Source: a bacterium
GTDB lineage: Bacteria > Krumholzibacteriota > Krumholzibacteriia > LZORAL124-64-63
DNA length: 64,000 bases
Direction: 5' to 3'
Assembly (NCBI GenBank): GCA_031441465.1
Contig: JANOEP010000011.1
Location: 35,890 to 99,889, forward strand
This document shows, one piece after another, positions 48,818 through 57,983 of this stretch. Each line of letters starts with the position of its first letter. Positions within the stretch are counted from its first letter, which is position 1. A program made the translations under genes and the position numbers. The notes under the pieces were generated by a model. It ran no database searches, was not told where the DNA came from, and was given only the letters and a program-made list of their open reading frames with translations.

Positions 48818-51166
48818 TCAGGAACCGGCGGCCGCGCCGAGCATGCGCTGCAGCTCCGCCATGCGCGCCTCGTGGTCCCGCGCGAAGCGGATCACGCCCG
48901 CGGCCAGGCTCGCGGTGTCGATCCTCGCGTCCTCGCAGACGTCGTCCAGGGCGCCGCCCACGCGCCATTCGTCGTCCCAGTCGCTGCACATCGCGTAGCG
49001 GCGGGCCAGCGGGTTGAAGTCCCAGTCGTGCATGAGGCGCCGGGCCCGGTTGGTCACGAAGGTGCTGTTCATCCGGTCGGCCCCGGTGATGGTCCGCTCG
49101 CGGTAGGCCTCGTCCTGCAAGGCGAACAGTTGCGGGCACGGGACGGCCACCAGCTTGATGTTCACGCCGGCCTTGTCGATCTCGGGCAGGGCGCGGATGA
49201 GGTTGTAGGTCGACATCGTGCCCTGCACGAAGAAGCAGCCCTGCCGGGGCCGGCCCTCCCGGTAATCGCGCAGGATGTAGGCGCCGCGCGCCGCTTCGAG
49301 GTGCGAGGCGAGACCCAGCGCCCGGCGGTCCACCGTCTCGATGGAGGGGCGGGTGAGGTGCAGCGCGACGATGGGCGCGTCGGTGAGCAAGGCCGCCGCC
49401 AGCAGCACCGGCACCTCGTTGAACTCGTAGGGGTGCAGGTCCATGACCTTGCCGTCGGGGAAGAGTTGCGTCACGCCGGGCGAGTAGACGCCGAAATGGG
49501 TCCGCGAATCCTCGGCCGTCTCGGGCCCGCTGTGGCCGGCGATCCAGATCGTCTTGCCGATCTTCAGCTCGCAGTCCGCCGCCAGCTGGCTGTACAGGCG
49601 CATGGGGCCGTACTTCAGGTAGCTGAACGCGCCGTAGGTGGAGCAGGCGGTGTAGAAACCGTTGAACTCCTGTTCGGGCCGGTCGCTGAAGTTGACGCTG
49701 GCCGCGCCGACGCACAGGCTCGCGTTCTGGAACTCGGTGATCTCCTGGGGCAGGACCACGCCCTCGGGCGCCGAGTCCCGCTCGTACCAGCCGTAGTTCG
49801 GTTTGTCCTCGTAGCTCTCGCCGAAGCCCGCGATGTTGGTCGAGCCGGCGAGGTCCGCCGAGCAGACCAGGAACAGGGGCCGGCCGTACTTCTCGCGGCA
49901 GGTGGCGTTGATCCAGCTGCCCCAGCGCGACAGCGCGGCGCGGTTGGGCTGGTTCTCGCCGGGCTTGGCCCACATCCCCGCCGGGTACTGGGCGACGTCG
50001 AACAGGGCCGGGTCCCGCAGCGGGTTCTGCGTTATGGGGATCCGGAAGCCCTTCAGCTCGGCGGGCACGCTGTCGCCCAGCTCGACCAGACGGTCGGCGA
50101 GCCAGGCCACGGTGGCGTCGTTCTGGCGCAAGGCGTCGAGGGCGACGTTCAGGTTCGCCGCGAACTGCTCGCGCAGGGCGGTCTTGTCCTTGGGCGCCGG
50201 CTGGTCCTGGCCGGCCCAGGTCACGCCGTACTTCTGGGCGAAATCCGCGCGGCACTGCCAGAACAGATCGCTGTTGAGGGCGTGGGGCGAGCCGTGGCTC
50301 TTGTTGTCGAACTTGTGATAGCCGCGCCCCTTGCGGGTCCGGCCCCACGTCATGCCCGGCCGCTGCCGCGGGTTGTCGCCTTCGACCATCTCCAGGATGG
50401 CGCGCGTGACGTCGGTCCAGTCGCTGCCGTCGGGCGCCTCGTGGGTGTGCCAGCCGTAGGGGGCGAACCAGTCCTGCGGCGAACCGTGGACCACCGAGGA
50501 GATCTTCTGGTCGTCGATGCCGTAGTCGTTCCAGTCCACCAGCACGAACATGTTGTCCAGGCCCAGGCCGTAGCCGGTGTTCTTCATCTCGTGCCAGCAA
50601 CCGGCGGTCAGGCCGCCCTCGCCCTCGATGCCGAAGACCTTGACCCCGTCGGCACCGGCGCGCTTGAGCGCCAGGGCCTCGCCGCACATCACCGGGCCGC
50701 CGTGGCCGCTCGGTCCCGTGTTGAACTTCACGAACAGGTTGTTGCCGGCCATCTCGACGTGTCCCGGCAGCCCGCCGTGATTGCGGAACTCCAGGAGGTT
50801 CTCCCAGGTCAGCTGGCGCTCCGGCGCGCCCGGCACCAGGTACTTCGGGTCGCCGGTGCGGCGGTGCATCTCGCGCAGGGCTTCGTTCAAGACGGCCATG
50901 GTGCCGTAGACCAGCGGCGCGGTGTGGCCGGCCACCAGGATGAACCGGTCGCCGAAGCGCTTGCCGGGGTTGCGGATGTCCCAGCGCATGGCGCCGCCGA
51001 GCAGCAGGCTGACGAACATGTGGACCTTCGAGCGGCTGCCACCGGGGTGCCCGCTCTGGCGGTAGTTCAGCATGAGGTCGATCTGCTGATCGATGACGTC
51101 CTTGATCAGTTCCCAGTGCCGGAAATTCGGCTGCTGGGCCTGGAAGAGATGGTCGACCTTGGACAC
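48818..51166 (-). CDS. Divergent transketolase-family TPP-dependent enzyme, 782 aa.
   Basis: SGHPGG TPP motif, GDRFILVAGH, GLPGHVE, TGPSGHGG, GEGGLTAG, DWNDYGIDD in transketolase order. RBS GAGAGGAGAC then GTG. Confidence 0.6.
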   Translation of the reverse strand: MSKVDHLFQAQQPNFRHWELIKDVIDQQIDLMLNYRQSGHPGGSRSKVHMFVSLLLGGAMRWDIRNPGKRFGDRFILVAGHTAPLVYGTMAVLNEALREMHRRTGDPKYLVPGAPERQLTWENLLEFRNHGGLPGHVEMAGNNLFVKFNTGPSGHGGPVMCGEALALKRAGADGVKVFGIEGEGGLTAGCWHEMKNTGYGLGLDNMFVLVDWNDYGIDDQKISSVVHGSPQDWFAPYGWHTHEAPDGSDWTDVTRAILEMVEGDNPRQRPGMTWGRTRKGRGYHKFDNKSHGSPHALNSDLFWQCRADFAQKYGVTWAGQDQPAPKDKTALREQFAANLNVALDALRQNDATVAWLADRLVELGDSVPAELKGFRIPITQNPLRDPALFDVAQYPAGMWAKPGENQPNRAALSRWGSWINATCREKYGRPLFLVCSADLAGSTNIAGFGESYEDKPNYGWYERDSAPEGVVLPQEITEFQNASLCVGAASVNFSDRPEQEFNGFYTACSTYGAFSYLKYGPMRLYSQLAADCELKIGKTIWIAGHSGPETAEDSRTHFGVYSPGVTQLFPDGKVMDLHPYEFNEVPVLLAAALLTDAPIVALHLTRPSIETVDRRALGLASHLEAARGAYILRDYREGRPRQGCFFVQGTMSTYNLIRALPEIDKAGVNIKLVAVPCPQLFALQDEAYRERTITGADRMNSTFVTNRARRLMHDWDFNPLARRYAMCSDWDDEWRVGGALDDVCEDARIDTASLAAGVIRFARDHEARMAELQRMLGAAAGS

Positions 51167-51284
51167 GCTGGTCTCCTCTCGGGACTGGTCCGGCGGGGTG
51201 CGCGGGTCGCCGCAGGGTAGGGGCGGTGTCGGAAATTTGCCAGTCGCCCGCGACCTCTGCAAGGGAATTCGGCCGCAGCCGGGT

Positions 51285-51869
51285 TCAGGCGCAGGGGTGA
51301 CCCAGGTGGTAGGTCTGCAGGATGGCGGCCGCCGCCCGCGCGTCGTCGACGGCCCGGTGCAGCTCGAAACCCCCGCAGATGCCCATCTTCTCGAGGATCG
51401 ATTCGAGGTTCTGGCCGCTGGTGCGGTGGTGGTTCGCGGCCAGCCAGGCGGTCGCCACGGCCCGGATGTCGAAGGCGCCGCCGGCGATGTGCGTGCGGTA
51501 ATCCAGGCCGCAGGCCTCGCACTCCCGCCGCAGCAGCGGGATGTCGTAGTAGACGCCGAAGGCGGCGATCATCGAGCGGTTGCGCGGTCCGTACCAGTCC
51601 AGGAAACGCCGGCCGACGACCGCGAAATCCGGGCGGTCGGCGACCATTTCCGGCGTGATCGAGGTCAGGCGCGTGATGAAGGGGGTGACCGGGTATTCCC
51701 GGGGCCGGACCAGCTCGCTGAAGACGTCGACGGTCTCGAGACTGCGGCGGTCCAGGCGGACGGCGCCGATCTCGATGATGTTGCTGCGCTCGACGGTGTT
51801 GTCGCCCTCGTCGGATTCGGGACAGGTGGCCTCGAGGTCGATCACGACGATGTCGGCGGAGTAGCGCAA
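51285..51869 (-). CDS. DnaQ-like 3'-5' exonuclease (DEDDh).
   Basis: VVIDLEAT Exo I motif, YYDIPLL, and HRAVDDARA Exo III motif. TTG start with a GGAGGG RBS. Confidence 0.65.
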   Translation of the reverse strand: MRYSADIVVIDLEATCPESDEGDNTVERSNIIEIGAVRLDRRSLETVDVFSELVRPREYPVTPFITRLTSITPEMVADRPDFAVVGRRFLDWYGPRNRSMIAAFGVYYDIPLLRRECEACGLDYRTHIAGGAFDIRAVATAWLAANHHRTSGQNLESILEKMGICGGFELHRAVDDARAAAAILQTYHLGHPCA

Positions 51870-51977
51870 GATTCCCTCCGGGATGCGGGCACGCGGCGGC
51901 CGCCACCGTAGCACGGCCGCGCCCGTCGCGCCAAGTCCGCGATTGACGGCGGATGGCGAGCGATTACTGTAGACCGC

Positions 51978-53879
51978 ATGCAGACCTACCTGCGCGTCTT
52001 GCGACTCGTGCGCCCGTACCTGCCTCAGGTGCTGGTGTCGATGACCTTCATGGCCGTCTTCTCGTTGCTGAGCGGCCTGAGCATCGTCATGCTCGCCCCC
52101 TTCCTCGACGCCCTGTTCGCCCCCGAGAACGCCACCTTCGTCGCCGCGCCGCCCCCCGTGGCGACGACCGCGCCGGCCGACACCCTCGCCGCCGCCGTCG
52201 CCGACCTCGGCGGGCGGGTGCAGCAGTTGCAGGACTCCTTCTCCATGAGCGGCCTGCGCGACCGGTTGCAGGGCGCGCTGAACGGCTGGCTGCTGCGCGG
52301 CTCGAAGGCAGAGTCCCTGTGGCGCATCGTGGTGGTGTTCTTCTGCCTGATGCTGCTGAAGAACGTCGCCGGCTACCTGCAGGCCGTGTTCACCGACTAC
52401 GTCCAGCTCAGCCTGATCCGGGACCTGCGCAACCGCCTCTACGAGCGCTTCACCGAGCTGCCGCTGGCGTTCTACCACCGGCACCGCGCCGGCGAGCTGA
52501 TCAGCCGCGCCACCAACGACGTCCTGGTCGTCAACCGCAGCGTCAACGTCAGCTTCACCAACACGGCGCGCGATCCGCTGCTGGTCGTGATGTACCTGGG
52601 ATTGGCCGTGCTGCTGAGCTGGAAGCTGACCCTGGTGGCGCTGGTCCTGCTGCCGCTGAGCCTGGTGATCATCGTGCGCATCGGCAAGACCCTGCGGCGG
52701 TACAGCCGGCGCCAGCAGGAGAAGATGGCCGTGCTGACCTCGCGCCTGCAGGAGACCATCGCGGGCATCCGGGTCGTCAAGGCCTTCACCAACGAGCCGG
52801 CCGAGAACGCCCGCTTCCGCGCCGAGTCGCAGATGCTGTTCCGCGACCTGTTCAAGATCGCCCGCGCGCAGCAGATCTCGTCGCCCCTGACCGAGCAGCT
52901 CTCGGTGCTGGTCGGCCTGTTCATCCTCTGGTACGGCGGCCGGCAGGTCCTGGCCGGCGGCGAGCTGCCGCCCCAGCTGTTCATGCTGTTCCTGTTCTGC
53001 ATCTTCTCCCTGGGCAAGCCCATCAAGGCGCTCAGCCAGGTCAACAACGCCGTCCAGGAGGGTATCGCCGCCGCCGAGCGCGTGTTCGCGATCCTGGACG
53101 AACCCCAGACGGTGGTCGAGAAGCCGGACGCGCTCGTGCTGGACGCGGTGCGCGGCGAGGTGGAGCTGCGCGGGGTGCGCTTCAGCTACGACACCGGCGA
53201 GGAGGTCCTGCGCGGCGTGGACCTGCACGTGCGGCCGGGGGAGGTGGTGGCCCTGGTCGGCCCCAGCGGGGCGGGCAAGTCGACGCTGATCGACCTGATC
53301 CCGCGGTTCTACGAGGCCACGGCGGGCGCCGTGCTGGTCGACGGCCACGACGTGCGCGACGTGACCCTGGCCTCGCTGCGCGGCGCCATGGGTCTGGTGA
53401 CGCAGGAAGTCATCCTGTTCAACGACTCCGTGCGCAACAACATCGCCTACGGCATGGCCTCGGCGCGGCAGGAGGAGATCGAGGCGGCGGCGAGCGCGGC
53501 CAACGCCCTGGACTTCATCCAGCAGCTGCCCCGGGGTTTCGACACGGTCATCGGCGACCGGGGCCTCAAGCTCTCCGGCGGGCAGCGGCAACGGCTCTCG
53601 ATCGCCCGGGCCATCCTGAAGAACCCGCCGATCCTGATTCTCGACGAGGCGACCAGCGCGCTGGACACCGAGAGCGAGCTGCTGGTCCAGCAGGCCATCG
53701 ACCGTCTGGTGCGCAACCGCACGACCATCGTCATCGCCCACCGGCTCAGCACCATCCAGAACGCCGATCGCATCTGCGTGCTCCAGGCGGGCCGCATCGT
53801 CCAGATGGGCTCCCACGTAGAGCTCCTGGCCCGCGGCGGCCCCTACCGCCAACTGCACGACCTCCAGTTCCGGGCCTGA
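51978..53879 (+). CDS. ABC exporter, fused permease and ATPase (MsbA/lipid A exporter family).
   Basis: 6-TM domain followed by an NBD with GPSGAGKST, LSGGQRQR and ILDEATSALD. Confidence 0.85.
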   Translation: MQTYLRVLRLVRPYLPQVLVSMTFMAVFSLLSGLSIVMLAPFLDALFAPENATFVAAPPPVATTAPADTLAAAVADLGGRVQQLQDSFSMSGLRDRLQGALNGWLLRGSKAESLWRIVVVFFCLMLLKNVAGYLQAVFTDYVQLSLIRDLRNRLYERFTELPLAFYHRHRAGELISRATNDVLVVNRSVNVSFTNTARDPLLVVMYLGLAVLLSWKLTLVALVLLPLSLVIIVRIGKTLRRYSRRQQEKMAVLTSRLQETIAGIRVVKAFTNEPAENARFRAESQMLFRDLFKIARAQQISSPLTEQLSVLVGLFILWYGGRQVLAGGELPPQLFMLFLFCIFSLGKPIKALSQVNNAVQEGIAAAERVFAILDEPQTVVEKPDALVLDAVRGEVELRGVRFSYDTGEEVLRGVDLHVRPGEVVALVGPSGAGKSTLIDLIPRFYEATAGAVLVDGHDVRDVTLASLRGAMGLVTQEVILFNDSVRNNIAYGMASARQEEIEAAASAANALDFIQQLPRGFDTVIGDRGLKLSGGQRQRLSIARAILKNPPILILDEATSALDTESELLVQQAIDRLVRNRTTIVIAHRLSTIQNADRICVLQAGRIVQMGSHVELLARGGPYRQLHDLQFRA

Positions 53880-53961
53880 GTTTCCGGATTCCCGTGCAAC
53901 TCCGGGCCGCGCGGCTGCGTAGCTACGCCACCGATCCAACGCCGCACCCGGAGGTTGAGCC

Positions 53962-54528
53962 ATGACCAGGACCCTACGACCCACCCTGTTCCTGATCGCC
54001 CTGCTGCTCGCCGCCCTCGCCGCGCTGCCCGCGGCGGCCCGCGACCGCGAGCGCGTCGTCACCGTCATCGACGAGGACGGCGAGACCTTCGTCTGCCGCT
54101 TCGAGGATGGCCAGGGCCTGCGCATCTTCGACAAGTCCTCGGGCGAGGAGGTCTTCGCCTTCGACGTCGCCGAGTTCGAGGCGACGCTCGGCGACGCGAT
54201 GAAGGAGGTGCAGGCGGTGATGGCCGACCTGGACCTGGACATCCGGGCCACGTCCGGCGGCGACCACGTGGTCTTCGCCTGCGACGGCGAGACGGTCGAA
54301 CTGGACCTCGAGGCCGCCATGGAGGGGGTCTTCACGACCCTGGCCGCGCTCGACGACATCGACATCGACGTCGGCGAGATCGTCCGCGAGGCCGGGGAAG
54401 AGCACGCTCACCGTCACGACGGCGCGGGCGGCGAGATGGGTTCCCTGCAGGAGGAGCTCGACCAGCTGCGCCGCGAGATCCGGGAGTTGAAGCAGGAGAT
54501 GCAGCAGGAGCGGGACAGGTCCCGCTAG
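53962..54528 (+). CDS. Hypothetical secreted acidic protein with C-terminal coiled coil.
   Basis: Signal peptide. No family. Confidence 0.4.
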   Translation: MTRTLRPTLFLIALLLAALAALPAAARDRERVVTVIDEDGETFVCRFEDGQGLRIFDKSSGEEVFAFDVAEFEATLGDAMKEVQAVMADLDLDIRATSGGDHVVFACDGETVELDLEAAMEGVFTTLAALDDIDIDVGEIVREAGEEHAHRHDGAGGEMGSLQEELDQLRREIRELKQEMQQERDRSR

Positions 54529-55226
54529 ACGGCGCCGTCGCGGTCGTCCAGCGGCAGCGTCAGCCAACCCAGCGGGCCGTCGACCGTCCAGTCGGCGGCC
54601 CGCAGTTCTGCCGTCGTCCCGAAGCCGTAGAGGCAGCCGACCGTCCGCGCCCCGGCCGCCCGCCCGGCGTCGAGATCGCTGGCGCGGTCCCCGACGACCA
54701 CCGTGCGCGACGGGTCGGCGGCCAGGACGCGCACCATGCCGGTCTTGTCGGTGGCCAGGCCCTGTGCCTCGGCTTCCCCGATGCAGAGCGAGCGCGCGAA
54801 GAAGCGGTCCAGGCCGTGAGCGGCGACGATCCCCCGGAAGTAGGGCGCGTCGGCGTTGGAGAACAGCAGCAATTCGTGGCCGCGGTCCCTCAGCCCGCCG
54901 AGGGCGGCTTCGACGCCGTCGTAGAGGGCGGTGCCGCCCGCCCGGATCGCGACGATTTCCTCTTCCGAAGTGAAGCGGGCGTACGCCGCCGCGAACTCGG
55001 CGCGCCGCGGGCCGGGCACCGTCCGCGGCGGGAAGGCCCGGGCAAAGTACTCCCGGCCGGGCAGGCCCATGCAGTCCTCGATCAGGCCGAGGTCCGGTGC
55101 GGCCGGCGGCAGGCCGCAGTGGGCGTAGGCGCGCCCGAGCGCCGCGGCCACGGCGCCGACGACGGCGCGCCGGCTGTCCAGCAGAGTCCCGTCCATGTCG
55201 AACAGGAAGGCGTAGGGGACCGTCAC
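54525..55226 (-). CDS. HAD-superfamily hydrolase (phosphoglycolate phosphatase-like).
   Basis: FLFDMDGTLLDS motif I. GTG start immediately after the selenoprotein stop. Confidence 0.75.
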   Translation of the reverse strand: MTVPYAFLFDMDGTLLDSRRAVVGAVAAALGRAYAHCGLPPAAPDLGLIEDCMGLPGREYFARAFPPRTVPGPRRAEFAAAYARFTSEEEIVAIRAGGTALYDGVEAALGGLRDRGHELLLFSNADAPYFRGIVAAHGLDRFFARSLCIGEAEAQGLATDKTGMVRVLAADPSRTVVVGDRASDLDAGRAAGARTVGCLYGFGTTAELRAADWTVDGPLGWLTLPLDDRDGAV

Positions 55227-55454
55227 TCAGCCACGCTCCCTCAGCAGCCGGGCCACCTCGCCCGGTTCGGCGTGACGTCCGGTCTCCCGCTTGGAATAGA
55301 CGAGGTCGCCGTCGGCGACGACCTCGAAGACGCCGCCGCTGGAGGGGATCATCTCGGCCGCGATCCCGAACTCCCGCGCCAGCTCCGCCGCCAGACCGGC
55401 GGCGATGGGGTCGTAGTTTCAGGTCCGGCAGAACTCGATGCTCAGCTTCTTCAC
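55227..55454 (-). CDS. selW: SelW/Rdx-family selenoprotein, 75 aa, with in-frame UGA (Sec) at 55419-55421.
   Basis: GGAGG-N6-GTG start. Translation VKKLSIEFCRT[U]NYDPIAAGLAAELAREFGIAAEMIPSSGGVFEVVADGDLVYSKRETG... has the CxxU motif and Rdx beta-alpha-beta signature. A candidate bSECIS hairpin CGCCGCC-GGTCT-GGCGGCG starts 17 nt after the UGA. The ORF track shows only a stop here. Confidence 0.7.
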
Positions 55455-55468
55455 GGTTGGCCTCCGGT

Positions 55469-56641
55469 TCAGAACTCGATCAGCAGCTTCGGCCACTGGG
55501 CGAGCTTCGCTGAAAACGCGTCGGGCTTGAAGTCGTCGATGTGCACGAGGGTCTCGTGGCCGCCGGCGAGGATGTCCTCGAGGATGTGCTTCTGGATGCC
55601 GTTGCTGCGGTCCTCGAGCAGGTTGCGCGTGATGTGCCAGGTCTCGAAGATGCGCCGGCCGACGACGCTGCGCAGGGTCAGGCCGTTGACGATCATGCGG
55701 TCGAGGTCCTGGATGTGGAAGTTGCCCTGCTTCAGGCCGAACAGCACGACCTCGCCGCCGCGGCGCGTCGACTGGATCGCGTTGTTGACGCTGCTGTTGA
55801 AGCCGGCCATCTCCAGCGAGACGTCCGCGCCGATGCCGCGCGAGGCTTCGCGCACGGCCCGCACGACGTCCTTGTCGGCGGCCCAGCCGTGGGCGGCCGC
55901 CTTCGCCGCGTCGAACCCGATCACCTCGTCGGCGCCCAGCGACAGGGCCAGCTCGCGGTTTTTGGCGACCGGCTCGACGCCGATGACGCGCGTGGCGCCC
56001 AGGGCCTTGGCGATCATGATCACGAACAGGCCGATCGTGCCGCAGCCGAACACGGCGACCGTCTTGCCCCGCAGGTCGGCCGCGGTGCAGGCGTGCACGG
56101 CGTTGCCGAAGGGCTCCTGCACGGCGGCCACCTTCAGCTTGATCTTGCGGCGGTCGGTGGGCCACAGCACGCCGGCGGGCAGCTTGATGTACTCGGCGAA
56201 GCAGCCGTCGCGGCTGATGCCGATGATCTGGTCGCGGGCGCAGATGTGGGTCTGGCCGATCTGGCACTGGTAGCACGTGCCGCAGATGATGTGCGACTCG
56301 GTCGAGACGAGGTCCTTGGGGCGGTAGCCGTGGCGCGCCTGCACGCGCGAGCCCGTCTCGACGATCTCGCCGATCATCTCGTGGCCGATGATGCGGGTGG
56401 TCGCGTTTTCGCGCTTGAGGCTCTCGAAGATGTGGCCCTTGAAGGCCGTGCGGTGCCAGATCCCGCGGTCGCTGCCGCAGAAGCCGGCGTAGATGACCTT
56501 GACGATCACGCGGTCGCCGTCGGACGGGTCGTGCGACTCGTCCAGCTCGGGGCGGGGCATTTCCTGCTTGATGAAGCCGCGGGTGGTGTCCCACGGCATG
56601 GTGGCCTTGTCGTAGACCAGGGCCTTCATCGTCTTCGGCAT
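55469..56641 (-). CDS. Zinc-dependent alcohol dehydrogenase (threonine/sorbitol dehydrogenase-like MDR).
   Basis: GHE catalytic Zn motif, the CGTCYQC structural Zn cluster, and a GCGTIG Rossmann motif. RBS AAGGAGG. Confidence 0.85.
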   Translation of the reverse strand: MPKTMKALVYDKATMPWDTTRGFIKQEMPRPELDESHDPSDGDRVIVKVIYAGFCGSDRGIWHRTAFKGHIFESLKRENATTRIIGHEMIGEIVETGSRVQARHGYRPKDLVSTESHIICGTCYQCQIGQTHICARDQIIGISRDGCFAEYIKLPAGVLWPTDRRKIKLKVAAVQEPFGNAVHACTAADLRGKTVAVFGCGTIGLFVIMIAKALGATRVIGVEPVAKNRELALSLGADEVIGFDAAKAAAHGWAADKDVVRAVREASRGIGADVSLEMAGFNSSVNNAIQSTRRGGEVVLFGLKQGNFHIQDLDRMIVNGLTLRSVVGRRIFETWHITRNLLEDRSNGIQKHILEDILAGGHETLVHIDDFKPDAFSAKLAQWPKLLIEF

Positions 56642-56749
56642 GGGGGGGAACCTCCTTGGCGCCCGGAAAGGCGGCGGCCGTCGCGACCGGCGCCGCCCGG
56701 ACTCCAAGGTACGCTCCCTTCGCCGCGCGATCAACCGCCGCGGCGGCTT

Positions 56750-57949
56750 TCAGTTGACGGTCTCGTAATAGTCGTCCCCGTAGCCCCAGCCGCCCTCCTC
56801 GTGGCGGCCGCGGGCGCCGTGCTCCTCCTCCTCGAGCAGGTCGTCGAGGGAGACCAGGTCCGTGGATGCCTCGAGGACCTCGTCCTCGCGATCCAGCAAC
56901 CCGGCGAAGCCCCCGGCGAGGTCGTCGCGGCGCAGATCCTCCAGCAGGCGGGCCGGGGAGCGGGGGCGCTCGTCGCTGCCGGCGGCCGACGCCAGGGCGG
57001 ACAGGCGGGGCGCCTCGGCCGCGTGGGGCGTGGCGAGCGCGTGCGGGTCCGGGATCGCGGCGACGACGCGGGCGGCGGGTCGCGGGGACGGGGCGGCCGC
57101 GTCCCGGCCGCGGCGTAGGCGGCGCACCAGGATCTCGTCCATGAGGTCGAAGTAGGCGCGACTGCCGCTGGACCGGCGGTCGAAGATCACCGTCGGCCGC
57201 CCGTCGACGGCCATCTCGGAGAGGCGCGTGTTGCGCGGGACGGTGGTCTCCAGGAGGCGGTCGCCGTACTCCTCGCCCAGCATCGCGGCCACGCGCCGGC
57301 TCATCCGCGTGCGGTGGTCGGTCATGGTCAGGAACAGGCCCTCGAGGCCGGCTGCGTCGGGCGACGCCGCGCTGAACTCCCGGACGTGGTCGAGCAGGCG
57401 CGCCAGGGAGTCGCGGCTCAGCTCCTCGGCCTGGACCGGGACCAGGAAGCCGTCGGCCGCCAGCAGCGAGGCGCGCGTCAAGGCCCCGAAGCCGGGCGGG
57501 CAGTCGATCAGGATGGTGTCGTACGACGCGCGCGCGTCGTCCACGGCCGCGACGAACGAGCGGGCCTGGCTGGTCATCAGGTCCTTGTACTGCTCCTCCT
57601 CGGACATCGTCCAGGCATCGGGAGAGACGACCTGCAGCCCGGGCAACACGGTGGCGTGCGCGACGTCGGTCAGCGGCAGCCCCGTCAACAAGACTTCGCG
57701 CAGCCCGCCCCGCAGCTGTTTTGGTCCCAGGCCCAGGCTGCGCGAGAGGCCGCACTGGGGGTCGGTGCCGATCACCAGCACGCGGTGGCCGTTCAGCGCG
57801 AAGCAGGCGCCCAGGTTCACCGTCGAGGTCGTCTTGCCGACGCCCCCCTTCTGGCTGACCAGGGCCAGCACGCGGGAGGCGGAGTCGTCCCAGGGGCGGA
57901 CGGCTGCGGTCGCCGACGCTTCGTCGTCGCGGGCGGAGGGGTTCAACAT
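56750..57949 (-). CDS. Orphan ParA/MinD-family P-loop ATPase with a ~130-aa acidic, low-complexity C-terminal extension.
   Basis: Deviant Walker A KGGVGKTT. ParA fold for ~270 aa. The C-terminus is rich in D/E/R and ends DDYYETVN. Confidence 0.75.
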   Translation of the reverse strand: MLNPSARDDEASATAAVRPWDDSASRVLALVSQKGGVGKTTSTVNLGACFALNGHRVLVIGTDPQCGLSRSLGLGPKQLRGGLREVLLTGLPLTDVAHATVLPGLQVVSPDAWTMSEEEQYKDLMTSQARSFVAAVDDARASYDTILIDCPPGFGALTRASLLAADGFLVPVQAEELSRDSLARLLDHVREFSAASPDAAGLEGLFLTMTDHRTRMSRRVAAMLGEEYGDRLLETTVPRNTRLSEMAVDGRPTVIFDRRSSGSRAYFDLMDEILVRRLRRGRDAAAPSPRPAARVVAAIPDPHALATPHAAEAPRLSALASAAGSDERPRSPARLLEDLRRDDLAGGFAGLLDREDEVLEASTDLVSLDDLLEEEEHGARGRHEEGGWGYGDDYYETVN

Positions 57950-57983
57950 CGTGGTTCCTTCTGGTTGCGAGTCCAAGGATGTT

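Noticed and set aside
48872-54365. 782-aa plus ORF antisense to the transketolase-like gene; the upstream 830 codons of the 1026-aa minus ORF at 51285-54365
   Set aside because: Low-complexity antisense or out-of-frame sequence. Only the C-terminal 195 codons (DnaQ-like exonuclease) carry motifs.
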